A stretch of DNA of 64,000 nt from Octopus sinensis. Its lineage: Eukaryota. The stretch spans positions 60,016,001 to 60,080,000 of the forward strand of contig NC_043009.1 in assembly GCF_006345805.1 (NCBI RefSeq), in the 5' to 3' direction. This document shows, piece by piece, positions 40,683 to 54,198 of the stretch. A program made the translations under genes and the position numbers. The stretch's first letter is position 1, and every line of letters starts with the position of its first letter. The notes under the pieces are model-generated. The model had not been told where the DNA came from and made no database searches. It was given only the letters and a program-made list of their open reading frames with translations.

Positions 40683-40716
<34 letters not shown>

Positions 40717-41488
40717 GTATGTATATATATATGTATATGTATATATACACATATATATGTAATTATGATATACACGTGTGTAAATAAACATAGATATACA
40801 TGTACATATATCTGCATGTGTGTGTGTGTTTGTGTGTGTCTATGTTTGTGCGTATGTATGTGTGTGTTTATGTATATATAAATACATATTTTCCAAATTG
40901 GCGAGTAAAAACATACATACAGACATACATACATACACACATACATACACATATATAAAATGTGTGTATGTGTACACACATGCATTTATAGATATATATG
41001 TACGTAGCATATGCATATATATACATACATATAAATATATGTATATATGTATGTATGCATGCATATTTATGTATGTATGCGTGCAGATGTGCATGTATAT
41101 ATAAATATATGTTATTTGCTAGATCGGTGAGTGAAAAATAGTGGTGCAGACATTATAAAAACTACAAAGAGAGTAATTGTTAAGCGTTGGATCTCAGTGA
41201 AACATAATAGAAATTACATCGATAAAAATACTATCTAAACATATTGATTGGTTTCTGTTTTTTTACGTGCAGTGAAAGAATTTGGTTAAGAAAGACGACA
41301 AGAAGTGATGGCATTGAAAAGCTGTTGCCTAGCAGAATGGGTGAGTTTGTGGAGTTTGAGCAGGAGCGGGGAAATGCTTAGTTGATGGATGAGTTGGATT
41401 TACTATGCACACAGAAGTGTGCATAGTAATGTATATATATATATATATATATATATACATTACTATGCATTACACGTGCATAGTAATG

Positions 41489-41527
<39 letters not shown>

Positions 41528-41755
41528 GGAAGCTTTATGAAAATAAACAAAAGACGAAGGCAGGTGGAAAACAACGACAATTGTATTAGTATGGCGCTCA
41601 GGAAATATAAATAAAACAAGTCTTTAACGTTTCGAGCCTACGCTCTTCAACAGAAAGATACACAGAGAGAGAAACCCAGAAGAAAGGAGAGAAAAAAAAA
41701 AGGAGAGAAAAAAAATGCGTGCAGTAGCTAACGAATCAACATGGCGATATACATA
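41528..41755 (-). mobile_element. Penelope-type short element with variant HHR, beside (TA)n
   Basis: Downstream segment cctgagcgcc...aataca is shared with 54199-54320. Confidence 0.55.
41621..41658 (-). ncRNA. Minimal hammerhead-like motif with A6U core change
   Basis: TCTTT CTGTTGA A GAGC-gtag-GCTC GAA ACGT T AAAGA: all three stems pair, but the core reads CUGUUGA. Confidence 0.55.
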
Positions 41756-42255
41756 TGCATATATATACACACATATATATATATAAATATATATACCATA
41801 ACATATATAGATATATATACATATATAATATATATATATATATATATATAATACATGTATATATACATACATATATATATACATATACATATATTTACAT
41901 ATATATATACATACATATATATATACATATATGTACATACATATATATATATATGCGCGTATACACACACACATATATATATGCATGCATGTATATATAT
42001 ATATATATATAAGATCACATTTACACGCGTATACCTATACGTGGGTGTAAGTGCATGTATGAGCGTAGAATTCATAGATACACACATCCTTCAATATATG
42101 AGTGTATATGTATGCGTATATGCACACATACACACACGCCCACGTGTATACTTGTCTTTGAGATTTATAAAATTTTTTTGTAGATTTAAAATGACATGGC
42201 TTTTTCATTACCTCTATACATTCCCCAAGATTGTGAATATATGAATGAGTGTATG

Positions 42256-42292
<37 letters not shown>

Positions 42293-42728
42293 ACAGATAG
42301 ATATGTATGTATGTATATATATATCGATGTATGAGTGGTTTTTACATATTTTCATGTAATAAGTGTATATCTCGTTTTAGTTGTATGTGTTTGACTAGTT
42401 TTCATGTAGGTGCGTGTATGCACACGTGACTGTATATATATATATGTTCAACGAATGAAGCTCAAATGGAGAAATTAAAAAAATCACCGTTATGTCACTA
42501 ATCACTTGGATTTAGAAGATGCAACCCAGTTTTCTTTGTACAGTTTTAAAAGAAAATCTCTGGCTTTCATGCAAATTTATTGATAAGTAACCACCCAGCG
42601 GTCTTACAATGATTGGTACGAATGGAACTTATAAAGCAGACACAAGAGTTGTAAGTTCATTCTCGATTGTTAGTCCACATCTCTCCTAAAGGTGTATTGG
42701 ACCGATTTCCCGCTTTCTCTGGCGTATA

Positions 42729-42775
<47 letters not shown>

Positions 42776-42804
42776 ATAATATATATATATTATATATATA
42801 ATAT

Positions 42805-43000
42805 TACATAAAACCGTTCTGCTGTCCTGTCTCTGTGTGTGTTCTAGGCTCTCGAGCATCCTCCATCCGATTGCGCTCAAATTTGATATGTAGATACCGA
42901 CGGTATCAGGGCGTTTATAAGACTTGAAAAAATTACAAAAATCGATTCCAGATGAGAATGCGATCGATTAAGCCGTGGGATATTGTCTTGTTGTAAGAGG
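42805..43000 (+). mobile_element. Unclassified interspersed repeat, possibly a Helitron-like 5' part
   Basis: Follows (TA)n; ctgtctctgtgtgt...ccgattgcgctcaaatttgatatg resembles the internal motif of small Helitrons. No 3' CTAG hairpin found. Confidence 0.3.
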
Positions 43001-43286
43001 AAAATTCCAACAGCCATATTTTTCTAATTCTGATGTAATATTCTTGGGTTATTTACAACAACTTCGTAAGATATGTTTTCAGCAATTTCTAGGCATTTGT
43101 AGCATTCTTTGTGTGGAACAAGAGAGAAGGTGAGACCGATGATGCACAGGTTTTAGTTTTGGAGACTGATTTTCACGTTTAACGATCAAATACGAACAAT
43201 TCTTTTGAGCAACTTCTATTCTTATGTCAGCTGAAAATGCTGTGATTAACTCCAGCTGTTTTTTTTTGTGTTTTTGTATTGTAAAA

Positions 43287-43500
43287 CAAAGCCTTGTGAG
43301 TGGATTTGGTAGAGGGAAACTGAAAGAAACCCGTCGAATATATATATATATATGATTTGCCTAATAGTGGTTTTATCTCTAATTTGATATAATATAATAT
43401 AATATATTTATACTATAAAATTGGATTTAATCCTAAATCTGATTTTTCCCTGTAAGTTTGGATTTATTCCCTAATATTTATTATATATATATAATATATA

Positions 43501-43539
<39 letters not shown>

Positions 43540-43760
43540 TACGTGTGTGTGTGTGTATGTATTTGTGTGTCTGTGTTTGTCACCCCACCATCGCTTGACA
43601 ACCTATGTTGGTGTGTTTACGTCCCCATAATCTAGCGGTTCGGCATAAGAGACCGATAGAATAAGTACTAGGATTACAAAGAATCGATTTGTTCGACTAA
43701 AGGCGGTGCTCCAAAATGGCCGCAGTCAAATAACTGCAACAGATACAATAATAAAAGAAT
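43287..43760 (+). mobile_element. 5'-truncated SINE B with a ~145-bp foreign insert (43350-43495) in its internal (TA)n
   Basis: SINE B sequence resumes after the insert and (TA)n. Confidence 0.75.
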
Positions 43761-44451
43761 ATATTTTATTACATTGAATATGTATGCTATATACATTACA
43801 ACGGGTGTAATTCAATAAAATGTGTCATTGTATAGTTTGATCTGTTTATTCAAATGTGTTAAGGAGTATTTATCAGGGTGGTTTCTCTACTTGCTGAAAA
43901 CCATAATACGCAGCAATTGGATTTTTATAGCAGAAACGATAGCGGATTTACGGCCAAAATAAACAGAATTACTGAAAGAAGATTTCCTTGGAAATTCTCC
44001 CTTTGAAATATTTATTACATCAGAGACATCGTTCTGTTCTCAATTTTATACTTGAGAATTGTTGCTCAGGAACTTCGTACTTCTGTGTGTGTATGTGTGT
44101 GTGTGTGCGCGCGATGTATGTATGTATGTATCTATGTCTCTGCTATATTTAATCATTTGAATTCTTCTGAAGAAGAAGGAGCTGGTTTCTAACAAAGATA
44201 CAAAGCGTCACTTTTGAAATGTAGATAATGAAAACAATGTCACATTTTAAACCTGAGAAAAGTCTTGCATACTTTTACTGTTCCGCTTACAGATTATACT
44301 TGTAATGTGTGAATCAGCTGATTGATTTCTTAATCCAAGCTTATCTAGACTGACAGATAGGCATTTACTTACAAAATCAAGTACGCCTATTATTATTGGT
44401 ATAAATGTCACATTTGTAATCCGAATATAGAATCAGGAAGTGTCGAAGCAG

Positions 44452-44932
44452 TTACTCTTTTACTCTTTAATCTTTTACTTGTTTCAGTCATTTGAATGTG
44501 GCCATGCTTGAGCACCGCCTTTAGTCAAGCAAATCGACCCCAGGACTTATTCGTTTGATGCCTAGTATTTATTCTATTGGTCTCTTTTACCGAACCGCTA
44601 AGTTACGGGGACGTAAACACACCAGCATCGGTTGTCAAGTGATGTGGGGAGGGGGGGGGCAAAAACAGACACACAAACATATACACACGCATACATATAT
44701 TTATATATATAATATATATATATATAAGTATATATATATACATATATATATATATATACATACATACATTATAACGACGATCTTTCAGTTTTTGTCTACC
44801 AAATCCCCTCATAAGTCTTTGGTCGGCCCGAGGCTATAGTAGAAGGCACTTACCCAAGTTCCACGCAGTGGGACTGAACCCGGAACCATATGGTTGGTAA
44901 GCAAGCTACTGACCACGCAGTCACTCCTATGC
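44452..44932 (-). mobile_element. SINE family B, full length
   Basis: Homology to family B. Confidence 0.88.
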
Positions 44933-44934
44933 CA

Positions 44935-45118
44935 GTTGTCCATAGTTATCTTCTGTCTCATTGATTTTCAAAGCGATATTCACATCAGCAGGACATCTGA
45001 CCTTCATGACTCAACATACTTTTTCTTTCCTGTCCCAAAGAACAATATCCGGCTTGTTATGCTTACTCTTGACAGATATGTTTTGATGGGAATGTTCTAC
45101 CAGTATTCTGTGTGCTGG
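44935..45118 (-). mobile_element. Fragment of a second RLE-type (R4/NeSL-like) LINE endonuclease
   Basis: EYW*NIPIKT / KSKHNKPDIVLWDRKEKVC*VMKVRCPADVNIALKINE: PD..(D/E) motif region. Confidence 0.7.
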
Positions 45119-45800
45119 TATGTATGTATGTATGTACGTAGTATGTATGTATGTACGTAGTATGTATGTATGTACGTAGTATGTATGTATGTAGTATGTA
45201 TGTATGTATGTATGTATGTATGTATGTATGTATGTATGTACGTAGTGTGTATGTATGTATTTATGTATGTATGCATGCATGTATGTATGTATGTATGCAT
45301 GTATGTATGTACGTAGTATGTATGTATGTATGTATGTATGTATGTATGTATGTATGTATGTATGTATGCATGCATGTATGTATGTATGTATGCATGTATG
45401 TATGTACGTAGTATGTATGTATGTATGTATGTATGTATGTATGTATGTATGTATGTATGTATGTATGTAGTATGTATGTATGTATGTATGTATGTATGTA
45501 TGTATGTACGTAGTAAATATGTATGTATGTATGTATGTATGTACGTAGTATGTATGTATGTATGCATGTATGTATGTATGTATGTATGTATGTACGTAGT
45601 ATGTATGTATGTATGCATGTATGTATGTATGTATGTATGTATGTATGTACGTAGTATGTATGTATGTATGCATGTATGTATGTATGTATGTATGTATGTA
45701 TGTATGTATGTATGTACGTAGTATGTATGTATGTATGCATGTATGTATGTATGTATGTATGTATGTATGTACGTAGTGTGTATGTATGTATTTATGTAGG
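45118..45800. repeat. (ATGT)n array with recurring ACGTAGT and GCAT variants
   Basis: Direct reading. Confidence 0.95.
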
Positions 45801-46183
45801 TGCGTGTGTATGTATATATGCGTCTATGACATTGTTCAGCTTTATTTCAAGATTTCTTGCCGATAGAAAAAGAGCCAGTTTATAACCTAGATCCAAGGCT
45901 CCTTCATTGGAATTTCAACATCAACAACAGGATATTTGTGTTTGGATGTATATACATATGTGTAGACTTGTATGTTTTCTTTTATCCATGTATTCTCATG
46001 CATATAGTTACATACCTAGACATGCTCATATGTATTCGAATGACAAACTTCTGAAAAGTTTTACGGATTTTTACAGTTCCAGTGATGGATTGGATCCGTA
46101 GTTTTCGAATTAGCTTTCTCCGTCCAGGTTTTGAGAAGCTTAATTTCTCAAGATTGATATTTAGACACTGTGTTACATATCCT

Positions 46184-46568
46184 TCCTTCCTTAAGCACTC
46201 CGTCGGTTACGACGATGAGGGTTCCGTTTGATCCGAATCAACGGAACAGCCTGCTCATGAAATTAACGTGTAAGTGGCTGAGCACTCCACAGACACGTGT
46301 AACCTTAACGTAGTTCTCGGGGATATTCAGCGTGACACAGAGAGTGACGAGGCCGGCCCTTTGAAATACAGGTACAACAGAAACAGGAAGTAAGAGAAAG
46401 TTGTGGTGAAAGAGTACAGCAAGGATCACCACCATCCCCTGCCGGAGCCTCGTGGAGCTTTAGGTGTTTTCGCTCAATAAACACTCACAACGCCCGGTCT
46501 GGGAATCGAAACCGCGATCCTATGACCGCGAGTCCGCTGTCCTAACCACTGGGCCATTGCGCCTCCAC
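46184..46568 (-). mobile_element. SINE family C, full length
   Basis: 12-bp TSD gttacatatcct at 46172-46183 and 46569-46580. Confidence 0.92.
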
Positions 46569-47289
46569 GTTACATATCCTAGTGCCCCAATAATTACCTG
46601 AACTTATAATCTGGATAGAGTAACTGCAGATTTCTCAATAGTTCAGCATATGTATTCCGTTTTTCACTGATCTTCACCTTTATGTTAACATCCGTTAACA
46701 GTCAATTTTCAAAAATATATAGTTTCTTTTCTCTGCATCCCAAATCATTATATCAGGTCTGTTGTGCTTATATTTTATGTATGTTTTTATGTATGTATGT
46801 ATGTATGTATGTATGTATGTATGTATGTATGTATGTATGTATGTATGTATGTATGTATGACTGTATCCATATATGTATGCGTAAATGTGTTACTATTAAT
46901 TTATACATTAATAATGTCTGCATTTGACATATATTTGTAGAATTAAAACTTGAAGTATGGATAAGTGGCGAGTGCAATTATGTTATTCGTTTCTATCAAA
47001 ATTTATCTTGGTTGACAGAACCGAAGACAATGTATTCCCAAATCACAAGGTAGCCATTAGTACTTCAATTGTTTGTCGTACGCTAATTATTAGGTATTTA
47101 CTTAAAAAGTCATTAATAGTAAAGCTAAAAAACAACAACAAAGTATATAATTGCTGGTAACTTAAAGTTAGACATTGTTTCATAAGATTGTAGTGTAAAT
47201 TTAGACGCGATATTATGAGCAACACATTGTTGATATCGTCAAGTGTCTGACTTCTCAGCGTGCAAAATAAGAGATGTCATTTCCGGTAG

Positions 47290-47459
47290 TGTGATAATGC
47301 AGAGATAGGGAGAGAGAGAAAGAGAGAGTGAGAGAGAGAAAGAGAGAAAGACAAAGAGAGAGAAAGAGAAAGAAAGACAGAAAGACAAGCAGGCAGGAAA
47401 AGGAGGGAGAGAAGAAGAGAGAGAGGTTGAGAGACAGAGGGTGAAGGGAGAGACAGAAG

Positions 47460-47490
<31 letters not shown>

Positions 47491-47740
47491 AAAGAAAGAA
47501 AGAGAAAGATAGGCAGACGGACAGACAGGCAGGCAGGAGAAGGAGGGGAGAGAAAAAGAGAGAGAGGGTGAGAGACAGAGGGCGAATGGAGAGACGGAAG
47601 GAGAGAGAGAGACAGAGTGAGAGAGAAAAACAAAGAGAAAGGTAAAGACAGACAGACAGACAGGCAGGCAGGAGAAGGAGGAGAGAGAAAAAGAGAGAGA
47701 GGGTGAGAGAAAGAGGGGGAAGGGAGAGAGAGAGAGATTC
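47290..47740. repeat. (GA)n/(GACA)n/(GGCA)n compound purine-rich repeat with ~100-150-bp internal duplications
   Basis: Direct reading. Confidence 0.85.
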
Positions 47741-48179
47741 TAAATTTAGGAAGATTATTATTGCAGCTGTTTAAACATTTGCGTATGTCTTCGAAATGAT
47801 GGTGAGATTATGTCGCTTGAAATGGGGGATTAACGACTCTGTCTTTAATGTGTTGAGAACTTTATGCGACCATTTATTGCGAAGTTTATCTGTTGCGAAA
47901 CTTTATGCAGTGTGCCCCCTCTCCTCATAAACACACTTTATGAGTACCAATCGCACATAAATATGACAATACAACAATGGTTATTTCACTGTCCGCAAAT
48001 CAACTGGATTCGTCAATGGAGGACGTGAAGAACACCAAACTGAAATGAGAGATATATCGCCATAATAAGTGGTTCCCGACCTTTTTTTTGTTGCCTATGG
48101 ACCCATTTGATTCTCATTTTATTCTATTGGATCCCCTTAGCAATTTGGCCTAAAGTGGTTATTCTTCACATATTCAGTT

Positions 48180-48597
48180 CTTATTCTTTTACTACCCACA
48201 AGGGGCTAAACACAGAGAGGACAAACAAGGGCAGACAAACGAATTAAGTCGATTACATCGACCCCAGTGCGTAACTGGTACTTATTTAATCGACCCCGAA
48301 AGGATGAAAGGCAAAGTCGACCTCGGCGGAATTTGAACTCAGAACGTAGCGGCCGACGAAATACCTATTTCTTTACTGCCCACAAGGGGCTGCACACAGA
48401 AGGGACAAACAAGGACAGACAAACGGATTAAGTCGATTAAACCGACTCCAGTGCGTAACTGGTACTTATTTAATCGACCCCCGAAAGGATGAAAGGCAAA
48501 GTCGACCTCGGCTGAATTTGAACTCAGAACGTAACGACAGACGAAATACCGCTAAGCATTTCGCCCGGCGTACTAACGTTTCTGCCAGCTCGCCGTC
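48180..48597 (-). mobile_element. SINE family A, tandem (head + 2 bodies)
   Basis: Junction gacgaaatacc|tatttcttta at ~48355-48375. Confidence 0.9.
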
Positions 48598-49034
48598 TTT
48601 CTTACATGGTGTTTAAAGAACTCACATATTCAGTTCCTTAAACACCTATGCTTTGCAGCAACCAGTTCTACACCTTTCATGCATACAATGATTACCTAAG
48701 ATATGAAATTTATTTTACAGCATATATATGCCATCATAATTACAGCCAATGAGTAAATCCACCCGCGGCCGAATTTCCACCAAAATATCCACTGTGGCCC
48801 AAAATCTGATTGAGCTTTGAACTAGGGATATCGCCATCATCAGTCTCTCCAACACCAAGAAGGTTTCTGAATTTTAAGCGACTGTGTAAAATCTCCACTA
48901 CTGTGCTTCGTGTTCAGAGTCGGTGTTGTTACTGTATGACTTGTCATTGCTTGCATGATAACGGTGGTGTGGTGATGGTGAATGGGATAGTTATATTTGG
49001 CCAAAACAGTGATGGTGATGTTACTCTTTAATCT

Positions 49035-49385
49035 TTACTCTTACTCTTTTACTTGTTTCAGTCACTTGATTGCGGCGATGCTGGAGCATCGACTTTTAGT
49101 CGAGCAATTCGACTCCAGGACTTATTCTTTGTAAGCCTAGTATTTATTCTATCGGTCTCTTTTGCACGTAAACACACTAGCATCGGTTGTCAAGCGATGT
49201 TGGGGGACAAACAAAGACACACAAACGTATACACACACATATATATATATACATATATACGAGGGCTTCTTTCAGTTTCCGTCTACTCACGAGGATTTGA
49301 TCGGCCCGAGGCTATAGTAGAAGACTCTTGCCCAAGGTGCCACGCAGTGGGATTGAACCCGGAACCATACAGCCACTCCTACATC
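49035..49385 (-). mobile_element. SINE family B with internal deletions
   Basis: Homology to family B. Confidence 0.85.
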
Positions 49386-49408
49386 TATATTGTATGTATA
49401 TATATATA

Positions 49409-49446
<38 letters not shown>

Positions 49447-50019
49447 CACAGATTGTCCTTGTTCCGTATATTATTAACGTTCTCCCTCCTTAATAAATAC
49501 ATTTTTCTTCAAATCACCGAAGACCATACCTTCAGGCAGAGCACAGTTGTGAATCATAAATGAGAGAGATTCTCAGAGACAAAACAGAATTTTGATGACT
49601 ATTCATACAAAACACATCTTTCTTGTCCTGTGTTGTTGTTGTTGTTGTTGTTGTTGGTGCTGGTGGTGGTGATGGTGTTGGTAGTAGTGTCCTTTTTTTT
49701 TTTTTTATTAATCTGAGTATTTTCTAGATTTCAATTAAGAAAGTGAAAAACTATTGTTATCGTTATTGTATTCACTGCTGTTGTTTTTGTTGTTGTTCCT
49801 TCGGCTGCTGCTGCTGCTATTGTTTCTGATATGGTTACTTCGTCGCTCTTGTAGTAGCTGCTGCTGCTGTTTTTGTTGCCGCATTTTAATTGTCTTTTCT
49901 TATTCTCATGGCTTACCTTCTGCTGATAAAGGTTTCAGTTCCTCATTAATAAAAAGAAAATGGTACGTATGTGTGTGTATGTATGTATATGTGTACAAGT
50001 GTAGACGTGTGTGTATAGT

Positions 50020-50058
50020 TATTTCTATCTATCTATCCATCCATCCATCCATCCATCC

Positions 50059-50114
<56 letters not shown>

Positions 50115-50150
50115 GTCTGTCTGTCTGTCTGTCTGTCTATCCATCCATCC

Positions 50151-50217
<67 letters not shown>

Positions 50218-50282
50218 ATCTGTCTATCCACCCATCCATCCATCCATCCATCCATCCATCCATCCATCCATCCATCCATCCA
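50020..50282. repeat. (TCTA)n/(TCCA)n/(TCTG)n compound microsatellite
   Basis: Direct reading. Confidence 0.95.
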
Positions 50283-50619
50283 TTCTGTTGGCCTCAGTCA
50301 TTTTGTTGAATTATGTAAATATATTTTATGGTTGAAGCACAGCTATAATTCACTTTTAAAAAGTGCTATGTGGTTGATTGAGAAATGCATGTCTATTAGG
50401 ATGACGAAGATTTCAGCAAAACAACATTCAACGTTTAAGGAGGTATGAACTGGATAAAATTAAGACATTTTTTCTTAATGTTGTATAGAAAGGACTTAAG
50501 AATATATATCGTCCTTACTTCTACTAGCTCCTTATTCAGAATTACAATACGGGAGTCAAGTTAAGATTTCTTCTCTTGATATCGTTAATCAAGTTTGTGA
50601 AAACTATGAGTACATTATT

Positions 50620-50765
50620 TACATTACTTACATTTGACGGATATTTGTCCTCATCTTGTTTGTTGTTAACACAACATTTCGGCTGATATACCCTCCAGCC
50701 TTCTTCAGGTGTCTTGGGGAAATTTCGAACCTGGGTTCTCATTCCTAAGGTATTTTTCGATGTTG
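50620..50765 (-). mobile_element. Second copy of the HHR element at 30590; HHR at 50668-50713
   Basis: ACAC CTGAAGA A GGCTG..CAGCC GAA ATGT T GTGT; stem III palindrome broken (ACGT to ATGT). Confidence 0.75.
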
Positions 50766-50781
50766 CTATTATTATTATTAC

Positions 50782-50824
<43 letters not shown>

Positions 50825-50920
50825 GAGTGAGAGAGCAGTGCATGCCATCAAAGTGACACTGAGGTAAAATATACGAAGCCCAGTATACCCATCACGACTA
50901 CCCGTCTGATAAGGGTACAC
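50825..50920 (-). mobile_element. Element H terminal fragment next to (ATT)n
   Basis: Reverse complement of the last ~96 nt of 35442-35998, same orientation relative to the TAA repeat. Confidence 0.85.
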
Positions 50921-51022
50921 TTCTTCTTCTTCTTCTTCTTATTCTTATTATCATTATTGTTATTATTGTTCAGGTCACTGCTTGGAATCGAACTCGGAAT
51001 CTTGGGGTTAGTAGCTCGCGTT

Positions 51023-51128
51023 GAGGCTGTATCAGCCGAAACGTTGTGTTAACAACAAACAAGATGAGGACAAATATCCGTCGAATGTAAATAATGTACA
51101 TAATTCCTCATCTCTTAAATATAGAACT
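51023..51128 (+). mobile_element. Third, 5'-truncated copy of the 30590 HHR element
   Basis: ggctgtatcagccgaaacgttgtgttaacaacaaacaagatgagg; lacks CTGATGA. Confidence 0.75.
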
Positions 51129-51664
51129 ATGAGTACATGGCAAAGGTACATATTTAGTATGTTTTCTTGTTCTCATTAGATGTGCTATAAGATTAGTTTT
51201 TGTTTATGATTAAGGTTAGTGTAACATCTAGGAAACATACGATACCAAGGTTGTGGATGATAATAAATGTTTGGAAGAAATTTCCAAGGTATTATGGCTT
51301 TTCAAAATTATCTCGTAACTCAATTATCTCCGTTAGCGTGTTGCGCTGAGATAAGGCAAAAACCTATCATTAGAGCTTCTAATTTTTCCATTTAAATATG
51401 CCATTAAACTTGGAAAAAAAATTTCCCCGTTATTACTGAGATCTTCCCCTCCTCCTCCTCCTCCTCCTCTACATATCATCATCATCATCATCATCATCAT
51501 CGTTGTTGTTGCAGTTTTGATCTACTGCTATTTTCTCCGATTCACTATCATTGTTATAGCTTCTATTTTGCATGTCAACTTCAAAACCGTTTCTATTGTA
51601 ATATTTTATTATACTTTCCAATTATTCTAATTTTCCTCCTTTACACAATAATTACCAATTTTAC

Positions 51665-51700
<36 letters not shown>

Positions 51701-51856
51701 CGCCGCTACTACTGCTGCTGCTGCTACTACTACTACTACTACTAATAATAATAATATGTGTAATCTGGGAATGCGTACAATGAGCTTCTCTGCCCTAGGT
51801 GTACGGAAAACACTCGGCAAGAAACGGAAGAAAATTTGAATAAAGAAGGAAAAATG

Positions 51857-51940
<84 letters not shown>

Positions 51941-52129
51941 GACAGGCGTTAAAATAATAAAATAACAGTAATAAACGAGTGAAGAAAAAAAATATAGTGC
52001 GTGTGTTTATTTGGCAAAAAAAAATAACTAAAATGGCGATCCCGAAATACAACAATATCTGTCTCAATACACGATTTCACATCAGGAGACTTACAAAACA
52101 AATTGATAGACGTAATATTAATGATACTT

Positions 52130-53080
52130 TCTACTATAGGCACAAGGTCTAAAATTTGGGAGAGAAGGGGAGGGGGTAGTCGATTACATCGACCCCAGTA
52201 TGCAGCTGGTGCTTATTTTATCGACCCCGAAAGGATGAAAGGCAAAGTCGACCTCGGCGGAATTTGAACTCAGAACATGAAGATGAACGAAATACCTATT
52301 TCTCTACTACCCACAAGGAGCTAAACACAGAGGGGACAAACAAGGACAGACAAACGGATTAAGTCGATTATATCGATCCTAGTGCGTAACTGGTGCTTAT
52401 TTTATCGGCCCCGAAAGGAGGAAAGGCAAAGTCGACCTCGGCGGAATTTGAACTCAGAACGTAACGGCAGACGAAATACCTATTTCTCTACTACCCACAA
52501 GGAGCTAAACACAGAGGGGACAAACAAGGACAGAAAAACGAATTTAGTCGATTACATCGACCCCAGTACGCAACTGGTGCTTATTTTATCGACCCCGAAA
52601 GGATGAAAGGCAAAGTCGACCTCGGCGGAGTTTGAACTCAGAACATGAAGATGAACGAAATACCTATTTCTCTACTACCCACAAGGGGCTACACACAGAG
52701 AGGACAAACAAGGACAGAAAAACGAATTTAGTCGATTATATCGACCCCAGTGCGTAACTGGTACTTATTTAATCGACCCCGAAAGGATGAAAGGCAAAGT
52801 CGACCTCAGGGGAATTTGAACTCAGAACGTAGCGGCAGACGAAATATCTATTTCTTTATTACCCACAAGGTGCTAAACACAGAGGGGACAAACAAGGACA
52901 GACAAACGGATTAAGTCGATTATATCGACCCCAGTGCGTAACTGGTACTTATTTTATCGACCGCGAAAGGATGAAAGGCAAAGTCGACCTCGGCGGAATT
53001 TGAACTCAGAACGTAACGGCAGACGAAATACCGCTAAGCATTTTGCCCGGCGTGCTAACGTTTCTGCCAGCTCGCCGCCT
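52130..53080 (-). mobile_element. SINE family A tandem array (one head, ~5 body units of ~178 bp)
   Basis: Four junctions gaaata(c/t)ctatttc at ~52290, 52472, 52656 and 52841. Confidence 0.92.
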
Positions 53081-53684
53081 TAGATGGACGAAATACCCCT
53101 AAGCACTTTGCACGTCGTGCTAACGATTCTGGCAGCTCATAATAATAATATTCGATATTTGAACTGTTTCAAATCCCGTCCTACCTCTGTTCGATCTTCT
53201 TCGGTGATAACACCACTGAGCTGCCACCTACATTTATTTACGCTTCCAATAAATTAGCTGTTCTGAGCCCCAGCACTGCTACCAAAACTATTTTCCGTCC
53301 GTTGTTGCCATTTTTGGCTATATGGCTAAAATTCAAGACTTTGCACCTAATCTTCCATTCTCCTGCTAACGACATCGTAAATCGTGCACCCCTCCCTCAT
53401 CCACCTACCCACCAACAATATAACTGGCTCACCCCTTCAGCACTCACCATCTTGTTCTCTCATTCGTACCGTTAACTCCTTCCCCCTAACCAATTATCTC
53501 TATTTCTTTCCCTATTGTCTTCTCCAACGTTACCTCTTACTTCTCTTTCGTTTTGCTCTTTATTGTACATCTTCCTCTCTTCTTTCTTCTCCCCTTCGGC
53601 ACCTTTCCCGCCTAAATCACTCCTTTTCTTTACTCTCTCTCCATTTCATCCGATTTATTTTGCTTTCCTCCTGTATCTACCTAC

Positions 53685-53757
<73 letters not shown>

Positions 53758-54144
53758 AATCTATCTATCTGTCTGTCTGTCTGCCTGTCTGTCTGCCTGT
53801 CTATCTCTTTCTCTCTCTTCCTCTTTCATACTCTCTCTCTTTGCATATATGTACGCACGTATGTATGTATGTATGTATGATGTATGTATGTATGTATGTA
53901 TGTATGTATGTATGTATGTATGTGCGTATGTATGTATATATATATATGTGTGTGTGTGTGTAAAATACACTGCTTTATTTTGAGATTGCTAGTGTTAACA
54001 ATACCCGCAAATAAAATACAGACTGGAGTTGTAGTGCTCCAAGTGAGCTATATTCCGCTTAATAATCTCAATGGAGGCAATGCAAGCGGAAACTAAAGCA
54101 ACATAACAAATAACCACACTCAAAGCTTCCTGAACGTATACACA

Positions 54145-54198
<54 letters not shown>

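Noticed and set aside
48760-48860. Minus-strand CTGATGA...GAAA and a 54-codon open frame
   Set aside because: No stem I partner; weak splice sites and no recognisable peptide.
52130-53080. CRISPR-like or satellite interpretation of the regular repeats
   Set aside because: Units are SINE bodies with no unique spacers, in eukaryotic DNA.
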